A stretch of DNA of 64,000 nucleotides from an uncultured Acidobacteriota bacterium (GCA_963819175.1 CAWFVJ010000021.1:129632-193631), one strand, 5' to 3'. Positions 8,528 through 17,061 are shown, numbered from the stretch's first letter. Numbers and translations are program-made. The notes: generated by a model not told the origin, from the sequence alone.

Positions 8528-8664
8528 AATCTTATGTCCTCTTGCACTCGGATGTATGAGCCGCGCTAGATCGCTAATCTGACGGGCGACAATAGAAATT
8601 CCCGGCTGGCGACAGTCAGAATTCCCGATCCAACCACAAATTGAGCCAAGCTGGTTCCGGTCTT

Positions 8665-10164
8665 ATGGACGGAGGCGGATTGGTCACTGACAAGCAGGTT
8701 CGGAGGTTATTTGTGTTGGTGAAGACAACGGGAAATCAAGAAACGGCGGCAGCGAAGGCGGGAATGGACGCAAAGACAGCGCGCAAGTATCGGCGTCTGG
8801 GAAAGCTGCCGAGCGAATTGCCGGTAGCACCGCGGTGGCGGAATCAACCGGACCCATTCATCGAAGTCTGGGGAGAGATTTGCGAGCTTCTGGAAATCAA
8901 CGCCGGGCTGGAAGCCAAGACGATATTCGAGTTTTTGCAGCGGCGTTCCCCAGGCGAGTTTGCCGACGGGCAGTTGCGCACGTTGCAGCGTCGTGTGAAG
9001 GGTTGGCGGGCGACCGAGGGACCGGCCAAGGAGGTGTTTTTCACGCAGAAACATTCGCCAGGCCGACTGGGAGCGTCGGACTTCACCCATATGGAAGAGC
9101 TGGGCATCACGATCCAAGGACAGAGCTTCCCCCACTTGATCTATCACTTCGTGCTGACGTACTCGAACTGGGAAGCGGGAACAGTGTGCTATTCGGAAAG
9201 CTTCGAGAGTCTTTGTGAAGGACTCCAGAACGCGGTATGGGAACTGGGCAAGGTTCCGCAGCGGCATCGGACCGATCGGCTATCGACAGCGGTTAGCAAC
9301 ACGAGCGATCCAGTCGAGTTCACGGAGCGCTATAAGGGCCTGATGCGCCATTACGGACTGGAGGCTGAAAAAACGCAAGCCGGTCATGGCAATGAGAACG
9401 GCGATGTAGAGCAGCGGCACCATCGTTTCAAACGGGCGATAGCGCAGGAACTGATGCTGCGCGGCAGTCGGGACTTCGCCAGCATGGAAGCGTATCAGCG
9501 GTTTCTGCGGATGTTGTTCGATCGCTTAAACGCTGGGCGCAAGCAACGACTCGCAGAAGAGATGAAGGTTATGAGACTGCTCCCTGAGCGCCGCATGGAG
9601 TCCTGCAAGCGAGAGCGGGTGAAGGTGGATTCGGGCAGTTTGATCTACGCGGATCGGAATGCGTACTCAGTGCCAAGCCGGTTGATCGGCGAGCAGGTGG
9701 AAGCACGCCTGTACATGGATCATGTGGAAGTTTGGTATGGCCAGAAAAAGGTTGAGCAGATGCCGCGCCTGCGCGGACGGCGGAAACATCGTGTTGATTA
9801 CCGCCACATTATCGACTGGCTAGTGCGCAAGCCCGGGGCCTTCGAGAACTACCGTTATCGTGATGAGTTGTTTCCGACCAGCCGATTCCGCATGGTGTTC
9901 GATGTGCTTCAGTGTCAGCTTGGCAAGCCCAAGGGCAGCAAGGAGTATCTGAAGATTCTGGAGTTGGCAGCCAAAGACAGCGAGGTCCAGGTAGACGAGG
10001 CATTGCGTTCCTTGCTGGAGGGAGGAATCGAGGAAATCAGTGCTGAGCGAATCGAGGCCATGCTTGGCTTCCACCGCGGTGATGCCATCCGGGATGTGCA
10101 GGTGGCCGCAGTCGACCTCGGGCTGTTTGACCAGTTGTGCGATGTGCGGGAGGTGTTGCAATGA
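8665..10164 (+). CDS. istA: IS21-family transposase IstA
   Basis: N-terminal HTH region DKQVRRLFVL..AAAKAGMDAKTARKYRRLGKLPSE and a DDE core. ATGA overlap with istB. Track start 8641 is TTG; ATG 8665 preferred. Confidence 0.9.
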   Translation: MDGGGLVTDKQVRRLFVLVKTTGNQETAAAKAGMDAKTARKYRRLGKLPSELPVAPRWRNQPDPFIEVWGEICELLEINAGLEAKTIFEFLQRRSPGEFADGQLRTLQRRVKGWRATEGPAKEVFFTQKHSPGRLGASDFTHMEELGITIQGQSFPHLIYHFVLTYSNWEAGTVCYSESFESLCEGLQNAVWELGKVPQRHRTDRLSTAVSNTSDPVEFTERYKGLMRHYGLEAEKTQAGHGNENGDVEQRHHRFKRAIAQELMLRGSRDFASMEAYQRFLRMLFDRLNAGRKQRLAEEMKVMRLLPERRMESCKRERVKVDSGSLIYADRNAYSVPSRLIGEQVEARLYMDHVEVWYGQKKVEQMPRLRGRRKHRVDYRHIIDWLVRKPGAFENYRYRDELFPTSRFRMVFDVLQCQLGKPKGSKEYLKILELAAKDSEVQVDEALRSLLEGGIEEISAERIEAMLGFHRGDAIRDVQVAAVDLGLFDQLCDVREVLQ

Positions 10165-10946
10165 GCGCGGCGCCTCAGATCAGAACGGCGTTGCTGGAGA
10201 ACCTGAAGGAACTGCACCTGCCGACGATGCGCGCCGCTTTCGAAGAGGCAGCACAACAGGCCGAGAAAGAAACCCTCAGCTACGAGCAATACCTGCTGGA
10301 GTTAGCCGAACGTGAGTGCGAAGCTCGGCGACGCAATCGCATCGTCAAGTTGTTGCGAGAGTCGGAACTGCCGCGGGAAAAGACGTTGGCCAACTTCGAT
10401 CTGAAGCGCTTACCCGCCAAGGCCGGGCGACAGCTGAAGATGCTATTAGACGGAAGCTTCTTGGACTGCAAGGAGAATTTGCTCGTATTCGGAAATCCCG
10501 GAGCGGGCAAGAGCCACTTATTGTGCGCCCTCGGCCATGAACTGATCGCCCAAGGGCGCAGGGTGAAATACACAAGCTGCGCCATGCTGGTGCAAGACCT
10601 GTTGGTAGCCAAGCGGGATCTGAGGCTGAGCAAAGAGATCAAGAAACTGGCCAAGCACGACGGCCTCATTATTGACGAAATGGGATATGTTCAGCAGAGC
10701 CGGGAGGAGATGGAGGTACTGTTCACACTGCTGGCGGAGCGTTACGAGCGCGGTAGCGTTCTGCTGACAAGCAATCTACCGTTCTCAAAGTGGGAGGGGA
10801 TCTTCAAGGATCCAATGACCACTGCGGCAGCCATTGATCGACTCGTGCATCACTGCGTCATCTTGGAGCTAAACATCCCGAGTTACCGAATGGAACAAGC
10901 CAAGAAGAATCGGGATACGGCACCCGACAGCGGCGAAACAAAGTGA
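10161..10946 (+). CDS. istB: IS21 helper ATPase IstB
   Basis: Walker A GNPGAGKSHL, Walker B LIIDEMGY, IstB-like N-terminus LKELHLPTMRAAFEE. Confidence 0.92.
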   Translation: MSAAPQIRTALLENLKELHLPTMRAAFEEAAQQAEKETLSYEQYLLELAERECEARRRNRIVKLLRESELPREKTLANFDLKRLPAKAGRQLKMLLDGSFLDCKENLLVFGNPGAGKSHLLCALGHELIAQGRRVKYTSCAMLVQDLLVAKRDLRLSKEIKKLAKHDGLIIDEMGYVQQSREEMEVLFTLLAERYERGSVLLTSNLPFSKWEGIFKDPMTTAAAIDRLVHHCVILELNIPSYRMEQAKKNRDTAPDSGETK

Positions 10947-11364
10947 GTGGTCGGCGCCCGGCTGTTGCCGGCAGGCCCTCCGCTCCGCCCCTACGGGGCT
11001 CCGCTCCGGCCCTGCCGGCAACAACATCTCAAGCAAGGAAAGGAGAGGAAGAACTAGTTACATCCGTCGGGAATTCTGACTGTCGTTGATAGGGAAGAAC
11101 GCTTGACGTCCGACAGCTAATCTGCTATTTGACTCGGGCACACCACTGGTATACCCTCTCTTTCTAGTGAGAGGGCACACCATGAAACTCCCCGCAAACC
11201 CGGCCAAGAGTGATGCGGGAGAGTTCGCCCGGTTCAAAAACTTTATGACACGTCTCGTTGCCGTTCCCCATTCGGAGATCAAGGCCAAACTGGACGCTGA
11301 AAAAGCCGCGAAGTTGCGGAAGCCTAAACACGCTTCCGCTTCCCGCGCTTCCACGCGAACAGGA

Positions 11365-12372
11365 TTAGTTAATCGTTTCTCCCACCTTGCCAGTCAATTC
11401 CGCGTAAGTGAGCCGCTTGCCAACAATCTGCGACATTGCCAGAAAGAAACGGTCAGAGTCGTTGAAGGGATTATCATTAGTCGCCCGATTATTGTAGCGA
11501 AATACCTGCTCATCGACGTAGCGCCCCAAGTGATAAGGCTCCACGGCAACGTAGGTTCCATTCAAGCCGCGTTTCAGCAGGCTCCAGAAGTTCTCAAGGC
11601 CGTTAGTGTGAACCTGCCCACGGACGTATCTTCTCATGTGGTTCACGACTTCGTGCGCGTAACTTGTTCGATCAGATCCCGTCATAGGCTTGCGCTTGAT
11701 CGGTGTAGACCTTGGAGCCGTGCTCAACCTGCTCCAGAACCGCAGATTGCAGGGTATCGCGCCGGACGTTCGGAATCACGGAACGCTCTAACCTTGCGCT
11801 GCTCACGGTCAAGGATTCCCTTGAACGGCAGTCTTTCCGGTCGAATGTCGCCACGCACCTGCAAGCTACGAGCCTGATTCAATCGAAGTTTGCGATCGCT
11901 TGTGCAGGTTCTCCGGCTTGCCGCCGATAAAGGTTTCGTCAACCTCAACCTGCTGCCGCCTCCGCCAAGTTTCATAAACGATCCGCTCTGCATCGCAAGC
12001 CGAATGCGATGCAGCATGAACCATGCGCTTTTCTGAGTGACGCCAAGAGCGCGGTGAAATCTCGTATGAGCTAACGCCGTTCTTATCAGTTGCAGAGCAT
12101 CCAGACTGCGGGAAGCCACTTCTCAAGGGCAATCGGGGAATCCTCAAACACGGTTCCCACCTTGAGCGAGAACTTCTGGCTTGGGATGCTTTCTCATTGC
12201 ACTTGTAGACACGCGCATTCGCGAGATAGATGATCTTCTCAGAACCGCACGCGGGACAACGTACCTTGCCATCTAACCAGCGTACGGCAATCATAAACTC
12301 ACGGCAGTTATCAAAGTCGGTGAAGTGCTGAATGGCTTCTTGCAGGGTCTTTGGGACTTTCATCGTTCTCAC
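11365..12372 (-). pseudogene. IS1595-family (ISXO2-like) transposase, multiply frameshifted
   Basis: Zinc-ribbon N-terminus WLDGKVRCPACGSEKIIYL..YKCNEK; pieces QKFSLKVGTVFEDSPIALEKWLPAVWMLCN, KNGVSSYEIS, LGVTQKSAWFMLHRIRLAM, VEVDETFIGG, VIPNVRRDTLQSAVLEQVEHGSKVYTDQAQAYDGI and HTNGLENFWSLLKRGLNGTYVAVEPYHLGRYVDEQVFRYNNR lie in different frames. Confidence 0.85.
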
Positions 12373-12432
12373 TCCTGCTCACTTAGAAGCAGAGTAGCCA
12401 CCAAAGGTTAGTCTGTCAAGTATATTATTGCC

Positions 12433-12595
12433 GAAGGATCTGCTTTCTTTTCAGCACGCGCAAACAGCAGATCCTTCGCTTCGCTCAGGATGACACCCTC
12501 ATAAAGTACTTTTTCAGCAGCCTCTAAAGCCCGTACCCTTCAAAACCTTTTCCTTAGTCGGGGCCGTACCCTTCAAAACCTTCGTTTGTTCAGAC
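12433..12595. repeat. right half of the composite palindromic repeat split by the transposon
   Basis: GAAGGATCTGC..GCAGATCCTTCGCTTCGCTCAGGATGAC then TTTTTCAGCAGCC..AAGCCCGTACCCTTCAAAACC (duplicated) ..TTGTTCAGAC. Confidence 0.85.
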
Positions 12596-12852
12596 TTTCC
12601 TTGGCTGGGGCCGGGTCACTGTTTCAAAGGGCCCTACCGCAATACCAAGTAAAAGGATGGGACTTGGGTAGGGATGCGGTTGCGTGGGGCAAGGGCAATA
12701 ATTCGCGGTACCGGACCAATTCGGGCTGAAAACACCACCTTTAGCTACAAATAGCCTATAAACTGGTCACGCGCTGAAATGTCGCGAGCTTTTGAAACCT
12801 CCGATGAGCTGTTTTCGCTTGCAGTGGAATCCGTTTGCGCTAGGGTTGATTC

Positions 12853-13719
12853 GTGACTCAGATGGATAACCCTCCGGTGGTGCTTTCAATCGCCGGCTTC
12901 GATCCGTGCTCCGGCGCGGGAATTACTGCGGATATCAAGACGATTGCGGCCCACGGATGCTACGGCGCCACTTGTATTACGGCGCTGACGGTACAGACGA
13001 CGCAGGGCGTCCGGGCCGTCGAAGCCGTAAAACCGGAGATTGTACGGGCCACGCTCCGGGAACTTGCGGCGGACCTCCCGGTAAGCGCGGTTCGAATTGG
13101 AATGCTCGGCTCAGCCGCGGTGGTGGAAGCGGTGTTGGAATTCCTTGAGAGCACCCGCCCGCCAAACGTGGTCCTGGACCCGGTTGTTCGCTCGAGTTCG
13201 GGAGCGGAGTTACTCGATCCTGCCGGGGTGGCCCTTCTCAAGGGCCGAATGCTACCGCTTATCTCGGTCGTGACCCCGAATGTCGATGAGGTTGTGATGC
13301 TGAGCGGGCTTCCCGTCCCTGAGCCGTCGCCGGCTGCCGCCCGGTTCATAGACCCAGACGCAGATCCGAGGCTCCGGGGGGCCATTGCCGCCGGGGAGGT
13401 ACTGCTGGATAGCGGGGTCAAGGCGGTTGTGGTTACGGGCGGGCACCTGGAAAAGCCTACCGATGTCCTCTTGTGGCGGCCCGGAGCACAACTCCAGGTC
13501 CGGGCTTTTCCTTCCCGGAGAATCGAATCGCGCTCGACCCACGGCACGGGCTGCGCTTTTGCCGCCTCACTTGCTTGCTCTCTGGCGCTTGGAGCTTCGC
13601 TTCCCGAAGCAGTGGCTCGCGCCCAGCAATACGTATTTCGAGCTATTCAGACGGCCGAGCCGTTAGGCCAAGGGACGGGCCCGATCAATCATCTGTGGCC
13701 GCTGCAAAAGCGGCCATGA
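12853..13719 (+). CDS. thiD: hydroxymethylpyrimidine/phosphomethylpyrimidine kinase
   Basis: VLSIAGFDPCSGAGITADIKT, GHL..PTDVL and THGTGCAFAASLA motifs of ThiD. GTG 12853 or ATG 12862 start. Confidence 0.9.
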   Translation: MTQMDNPPVVLSIAGFDPCSGAGITADIKTIAAHGCYGATCITALTVQTTQGVRAVEAVKPEIVRATLRELAADLPVSAVRIGMLGSAAVVEAVLEFLESTRPPNVVLDPVVRSSSGAELLDPAGVALLKGRMLPLISVVTPNVDEVVMLSGLPVPEPSPAAARFIDPDADPRLRGAIAAGEVLLDSGVKAVVVTGGHLEKPTDVLLWRPGAQLQVRAFPSRRIESRSTHGTGCAFAASLACSLALGASLPEAVARAQQYVFRAIQTAEPLGQGTGPINHLWPLQKRP

Positions 13720-13765
13720 CGGGGAGTGGGGATAAGTGGTTAGGAAAACCCTGAACAAGCCTTGC

Positions 13766-14016
13766 TAGAGCGGTTCCTCAGTTGCATTATCCGGTGTTCC
13801 CGAAAGCGTCATCCCGACCGGAGCGCCTAGCGCCCGCAGGCCGGAGCAGCCAAGCTGCGTACCCGATTGCACTCGATAAGCAAGAAGCTATTCAAGCGCG
13901 GAGTGGAGGGATCTTGTGTTTTCGGCAAACCACAAGATTTCTCGACTCGCGCCAAAACACGGCGCTCGCTCGAAATGACGTTGATTTCCGGATACAGCAT
14001 CTCGGGAAGCGCTCTA
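13766..14016 (+). mobile_element. MITE-like element, long form, copy B (251 bp)
   Basis: TAGAGCGGTTCC..GGAAGCGCTCTA. Aligns end to end with copies A and C. Confidence 0.6.
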
Positions 14017-14023
14017 GCCGAAA

Positions 14024-14232
14024 TCCCTCAGAGGCTAAAGCCTCATGGTTTTGCTGCTCTTACGTACGGGCTGAACGGGCTGCTGAAAAACAGATTTCGC
14101 GCACTTCGAAGATACCGCCCGTGATGTAACGAGTTTATGCTGCACACATTCCGTAGCGCCTCGCTCGTTGCTTCGGCGCGTTTTTCAGCAGCCGGTGAAG
14201 CCCGTACCCTTCAAAACCTTCACTTGTTCAGA
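14024..14232. repeat. composite repeat (GGCTAAAGCC hairpin plus outer arms, inner palindrome replaced)
   Basis: CCCTCAGAGGCTAAAGCCTCATGGTTTTGCTGCTCTTACGTACGGGCTGAACGGGCTGCTGAAAAA ... TTTTTCAGCAGCCGGTGAAGCCCGTACCCTTCAAAACCTTCACTTGTTCAGAC. Confidence 0.75.
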
Positions 14233-14243
14233 CCTGCCTTAGT

Positions 14244-15392
14244 TCACGGGCGCTGGGCCGGCGGAGGCTCAGGCGGAGCAGTATCGACGACAGGAGTGTT
14301 GTCGCGCCGCAGCAGAGCCGGGGGAGTGCCCTGGCGACGGCGAATCTCCTGTTGGGTGCGCTCGGCGGCGTCTACCGCCTGATCGTTGGTGGTGGCGACC
14401 ACGCCAAGTTTCTGTCCCTCCATCTCTTTTCGGGTGGCTGTGGCGACGCGCACGTTCGATTTTCGGGCTTCCAGGGCCTTGCCATAGAAGAAGCTGGCGG
14501 TTTCGCGATCGCCCTCCAGTTCGGCGACATAGCCCATATTGTTCAAGGTGAAGGCGTTTTTGGGGTCCAGCGTATAGGCCTGCTGAAAGTATTCCAGGCC
14601 GAGTCGGCGGTCGTTGCGGTTGAGGGCCGAAACCCCCTTCAGGTTCAGCCTCGCCACCCTGGCCGCCACGTCCTGCTCGTGATCGAGCGCCTGTTGCGCT
14701 TTCCTGGCGTTTTCGGCAGCTACCGAGCTGATGCCCTTGCCCCGCCAGCTCTTATTCATCGCCACAATAATCGGTTCTTTGGAATTGATCCCGGCCGAGC
14801 GAAGGTAGAAGGTCAGAGCCTGTTCCAGCTCTCCTTCTTTCTCTTTGGCATATCCCAGATTGTTCAGGGTGAAGGGGTTCTTCGAGTCGAGCGCCAGCGC
14901 CTTTTGCAGCATCTGATCGGCCTCGGAGACCCGATCTCGCTCGAGCAGGCCGATGGCGGAGACGTTGAGGCGGTTGATCTCCATTTGCTGGTCGCCTGCG
15001 TTACCGGCTATCTGATCCACCGGTTTGCCAAGCACAGCCTTGTCCGAAGCCTTGGCGACAGCCGCCTCCGACGGATGCTCGGCTGCCAGCGCATAGAAGC
15101 GCTGAGCCCGGTCCAGATCGCCCTCCATCTCGGAGATGTAGCCCAAATTATTGAGCGTGAAGGGGTCGTTGGGATCGATCAGGTACGCCTTGTAGAAGAA
15201 CTTTTTGGCCTTTGCGTAATCGTGCTTCTGGACCGCCTGCACACCTTCCTGATTGAGTTTTTGAACCGGCGTTGGCTTGGAACTCTTGGGCAGCGGAATG
15301 CGGATATCGCCTGCCAAGCACGCCGTGGCGGCCAACAGGACGAAAACCAAAGCGACCAAACGCGGGGAACGTAGCACCTGCGGAGAAGGCAT
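14244..15392 (-). CDS. tetratricopeptide-repeat lipoprotein
   Basis: Signal/lipobox LLAATACLAG. Four repeats of the pattern Y..A..LDP.N.FTLNNLGY..E.EGD. Confidence 0.8.
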   Translation of the reverse strand: MPSPQVLRSPRLVALVFVLLAATACLAGDIRIPLPKSSKPTPVQKLNQEGVQAVQKHDYAKAKKFFYKAYLIDPNDPFTLNNLGYISEMEGDLDRAQRFYALAAEHPSEAAVAKASDKAVLGKPVDQIAGNAGDQQMEINRLNVSAIGLLERDRVSEADQMLQKALALDSKNPFTLNNLGYAKEKEGELEQALTFYLRSAGINSKEPIIVAMNKSWRGKGISSVAAENARKAQQALDHEQDVAARVARLNLKGVSALNRNDRRLGLEYFQQAYTLDPKNAFTLNNMGYVAELEGDRETASFFYGKALEARKSNVRVATATRKEMEGQKLGVVATTNDQAVDAAERTQQEIRRRQGTPPALLRRDNTPVVDTAPPEPPPAQRP

Positions 15393-15663
15393 CAGACCTC
15401 CGGAAACTGCACTGTCATTACCTGAATCGCGGTGTTAACCGGCTGAAACCGGCGTCACCCTCGGCATCCCGGGGGACCTGCCGGGCTGCTTTTGGTTGGA
15501 TGGGCAAAAGGCACTTTTTGTTGTGTGTCTCCCGATTCTCCGTCGGGCTCCATGCGGGCTGCAAACGATCCCTCGATTCGCTGCATCCAATAGCAAGGGC
15601 AGAGCTTCTCATTCCTGCCGCTGCTAGGGTTCAGCCCCTTTCACGGTCAGCCCCGAGGACAAG

Positions 15664-16590
15664 ATGAATCGACTGTTTCCCGCCCTTGCATTGCTCCTGG
15701 TCTCAGTTCTTTTGGCGCAGGCGCAAAACGCCGAACCGGCTCCGCCCACTGCCATTGAGAAGCAGTCCGCCGGAGCGCCGACCGGGCCCCACACGGAGAT
15801 CATCCCCGAAACGGATACCGCGCCCGACCCGATTCTTGACCACGGGCCGCTGCCGAACAAGTCCATGAGCCTGATCGGCGGGACGGTAAAGAAAGTCGAT
15901 GCGGTCCGGAATCGCGTCTTGATTCAACCGTTCGGCGGTGGCAAAGAAGTGAGCATTCTGTTCGACGATCGCTCCCACATCTATCGCAATGGCAGTGCCG
16001 CAACCGTGCTCGGCATCCATCGCGGCGACCGTGTCTATGTGGATACGATGACCCTTGAGCACAAGGTCTTCGCTCGCACCATCCGGGTGGAAACCGGCAC
16101 TGGACCGATGGAGGCACATGGCCAGGTCGTGAGTTTCGATCCGGCGACTCAAGTGGTCCAGATGCGCGATAGCTTGACTTCACAGACGATTAGCTTTTCC
16201 ATCTCGGACCGCACCACGCTCCACAAGAAGAATGGCGCTGCGAGGGCCGGCGATTTTATTCCCGGCGCGCTGATCGAGGTGGTTTTCGCTCCGGGCCGCA
16301 AGGGCGGGATAGCGGACGAGGTCTACATTTTGGCCGTACCCGGAAGCAGCTACGTCTTTGTCGGACGGATTACAAATGTGGACGGGCGACAAGGGTTGCT
16401 GGCCATCGATAATCAAAGCGATCAGCGGAATTACGAACTCCACTACAACCGAGCACAGATTCTCGAAAATGATCGGCTCCGGGTTGGAGCCAAGGTGACG
16501 GCACACGCCATCTTCGACGGAACGAGCTATTCTGCAGATTCAATTTCGATCCTGGAGCTGGCTCCCGACAATACCCAAGCCGTGCGCTGA
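15664..16590 (+). CDS. secreted hypothetical protein
   Basis: Signal peptide MNRLFPALALLLVSVLLAQAQ, then three beta-rich repeats. No family assigned. Confidence 0.65.
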   Translation: MNRLFPALALLLVSVLLAQAQNAEPAPPTAIEKQSAGAPTGPHTEIIPETDTAPDPILDHGPLPNKSMSLIGGTVKKVDAVRNRVLIQPFGGGKEVSILFDDRSHIYRNGSAATVLGIHRGDRVYVDTMTLEHKVFARTIRVETGTGPMEAHGQVVSFDPATQVVQMRDSLTSQTISFSISDRTTLHKKNGAARAGDFIPGALIEVVFAPGRKGGIADEVYILAVPGSSYVFVGRITNVDGRQGLLAIDNQSDQRNYELHYNRAQILENDRLRVGAKVTAHAIFDGTSYSADSISILELAPDNTQAVR

Positions 16591-16591
16591 C

Positions 16592-16641
16592 GGATGACGC
16601 CTTTCGGGAACACCGGATATAGCAACTAAGGAACCGCTCTA
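16592..16641 (-). mobile_element. solo terminal fragment (about 50 bp) of the MITE-like element
   Basis: GGATGACGCCTTTCGGGAACACCGGATATAGCAACTAAGGAACCGCTCTA is the reverse complement of the left end of copies A-C. Confidence 0.7.
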
Positions 16642-17061
16642 GGCTGCGGGCTTTTTCAGCAGAAGGCCGGCCAGCAGAGCCACGGCGGAAGCTAACATCC
16701 ACTCGATCCGCCACGTCTGCACGGCCTGCCACTCAACAATCGTGTCAGCACGATAGATCAGGCCGCTGAGGATTGCGCCAAGAGCGCACATGCATGCCGC
16801 GGCGAAGAGAAGAAATGAGGCCAGGTTGAGGCCCAGCTTCTCGCGCATGCTCTCAATCTCGAACCAGCGCGTCCAGCGCGGGCTCTGCTCCGCCAAAGGC
16901 TCTCGCAGGGCGCCGCAGACGTGGCAGAAACGGGCGCCAAGCACAAACTCGGCACCGCAATTTGCGCAGCATGCCGTCGATAAAGCAGGGTTAACATCCA
17001 CGCGCGGCGTATTTGCCGGCCGCCAAAAATCCTGTGATACTTCCCGCGCGCGCTCAGCCAT
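16639..17061 (-). CDS. zinc-ribbon domain membrane protein
   Basis: CANCGAEF..x..CHVCG ribbon followed by two TM helices. ATG 17061 preferred over the track start 17190. Confidence 0.6.
   Translation of the reverse strand: MAERAREVSQDFWRPANTPRVDVNPALSTACCANCGAEFVLGARFCHVCGALREPLAEQSPRWTRWFEIESMREKLGLNLASFLLFAAACMCALGAILSGLIYRADTIVEWQAVQTWRIEWMLASAVALLAGLLLKKPAA

Larger units (their letters stand above)
8580..11115 (+). mobile_element. IS21-family insertion sequence (2,536 bp)
   Basis: Starts TGACGGGCGACA and ends TGACGTCCGACA (TG..CA termini, 9/12 as inverted repeat). Internal repeated boxes CGACAGTCAGAATTCCCGA (left) and its complement (right). 7-bp direct repeat GCTAATC at 8573-8579 and 11116-11122. 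Carries istA plus istB. Confidence 0.88.
6672..12432 (-). mobile_element. IS1595-like passenger-carrying transposon (5,761 bp) with nested IS21
   Basis: IRL GGCAATAATATATTTGACTGAC (6672-6693) matches the reverse complement of 12411-12432 at 20/22. 8-bp direct repeat GAAGGATC at 6664-6671 and 12433-12440. IS1595-type transposase remnant lies next to the right end. Confidence 0.85.

Noticed and set aside
10955-11030. Strong inverted repeat GTTGCCGGCAGGCC..GGCCCTGCCGGCAAC after istB as an independent element.
   Set aside because: It lies inside the IS21 boundaries and is most simply the IS-internal terminator or subterminal structure.
12596-12852. Possible TPP riboswitch upstream of thiD.
   Set aside because: I could not find the THI-box core (CTGAGA ... 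ACCTGATCTGGATAATGCCAGCG-like) in the leader. An Infernal scan would be needed to be certain.
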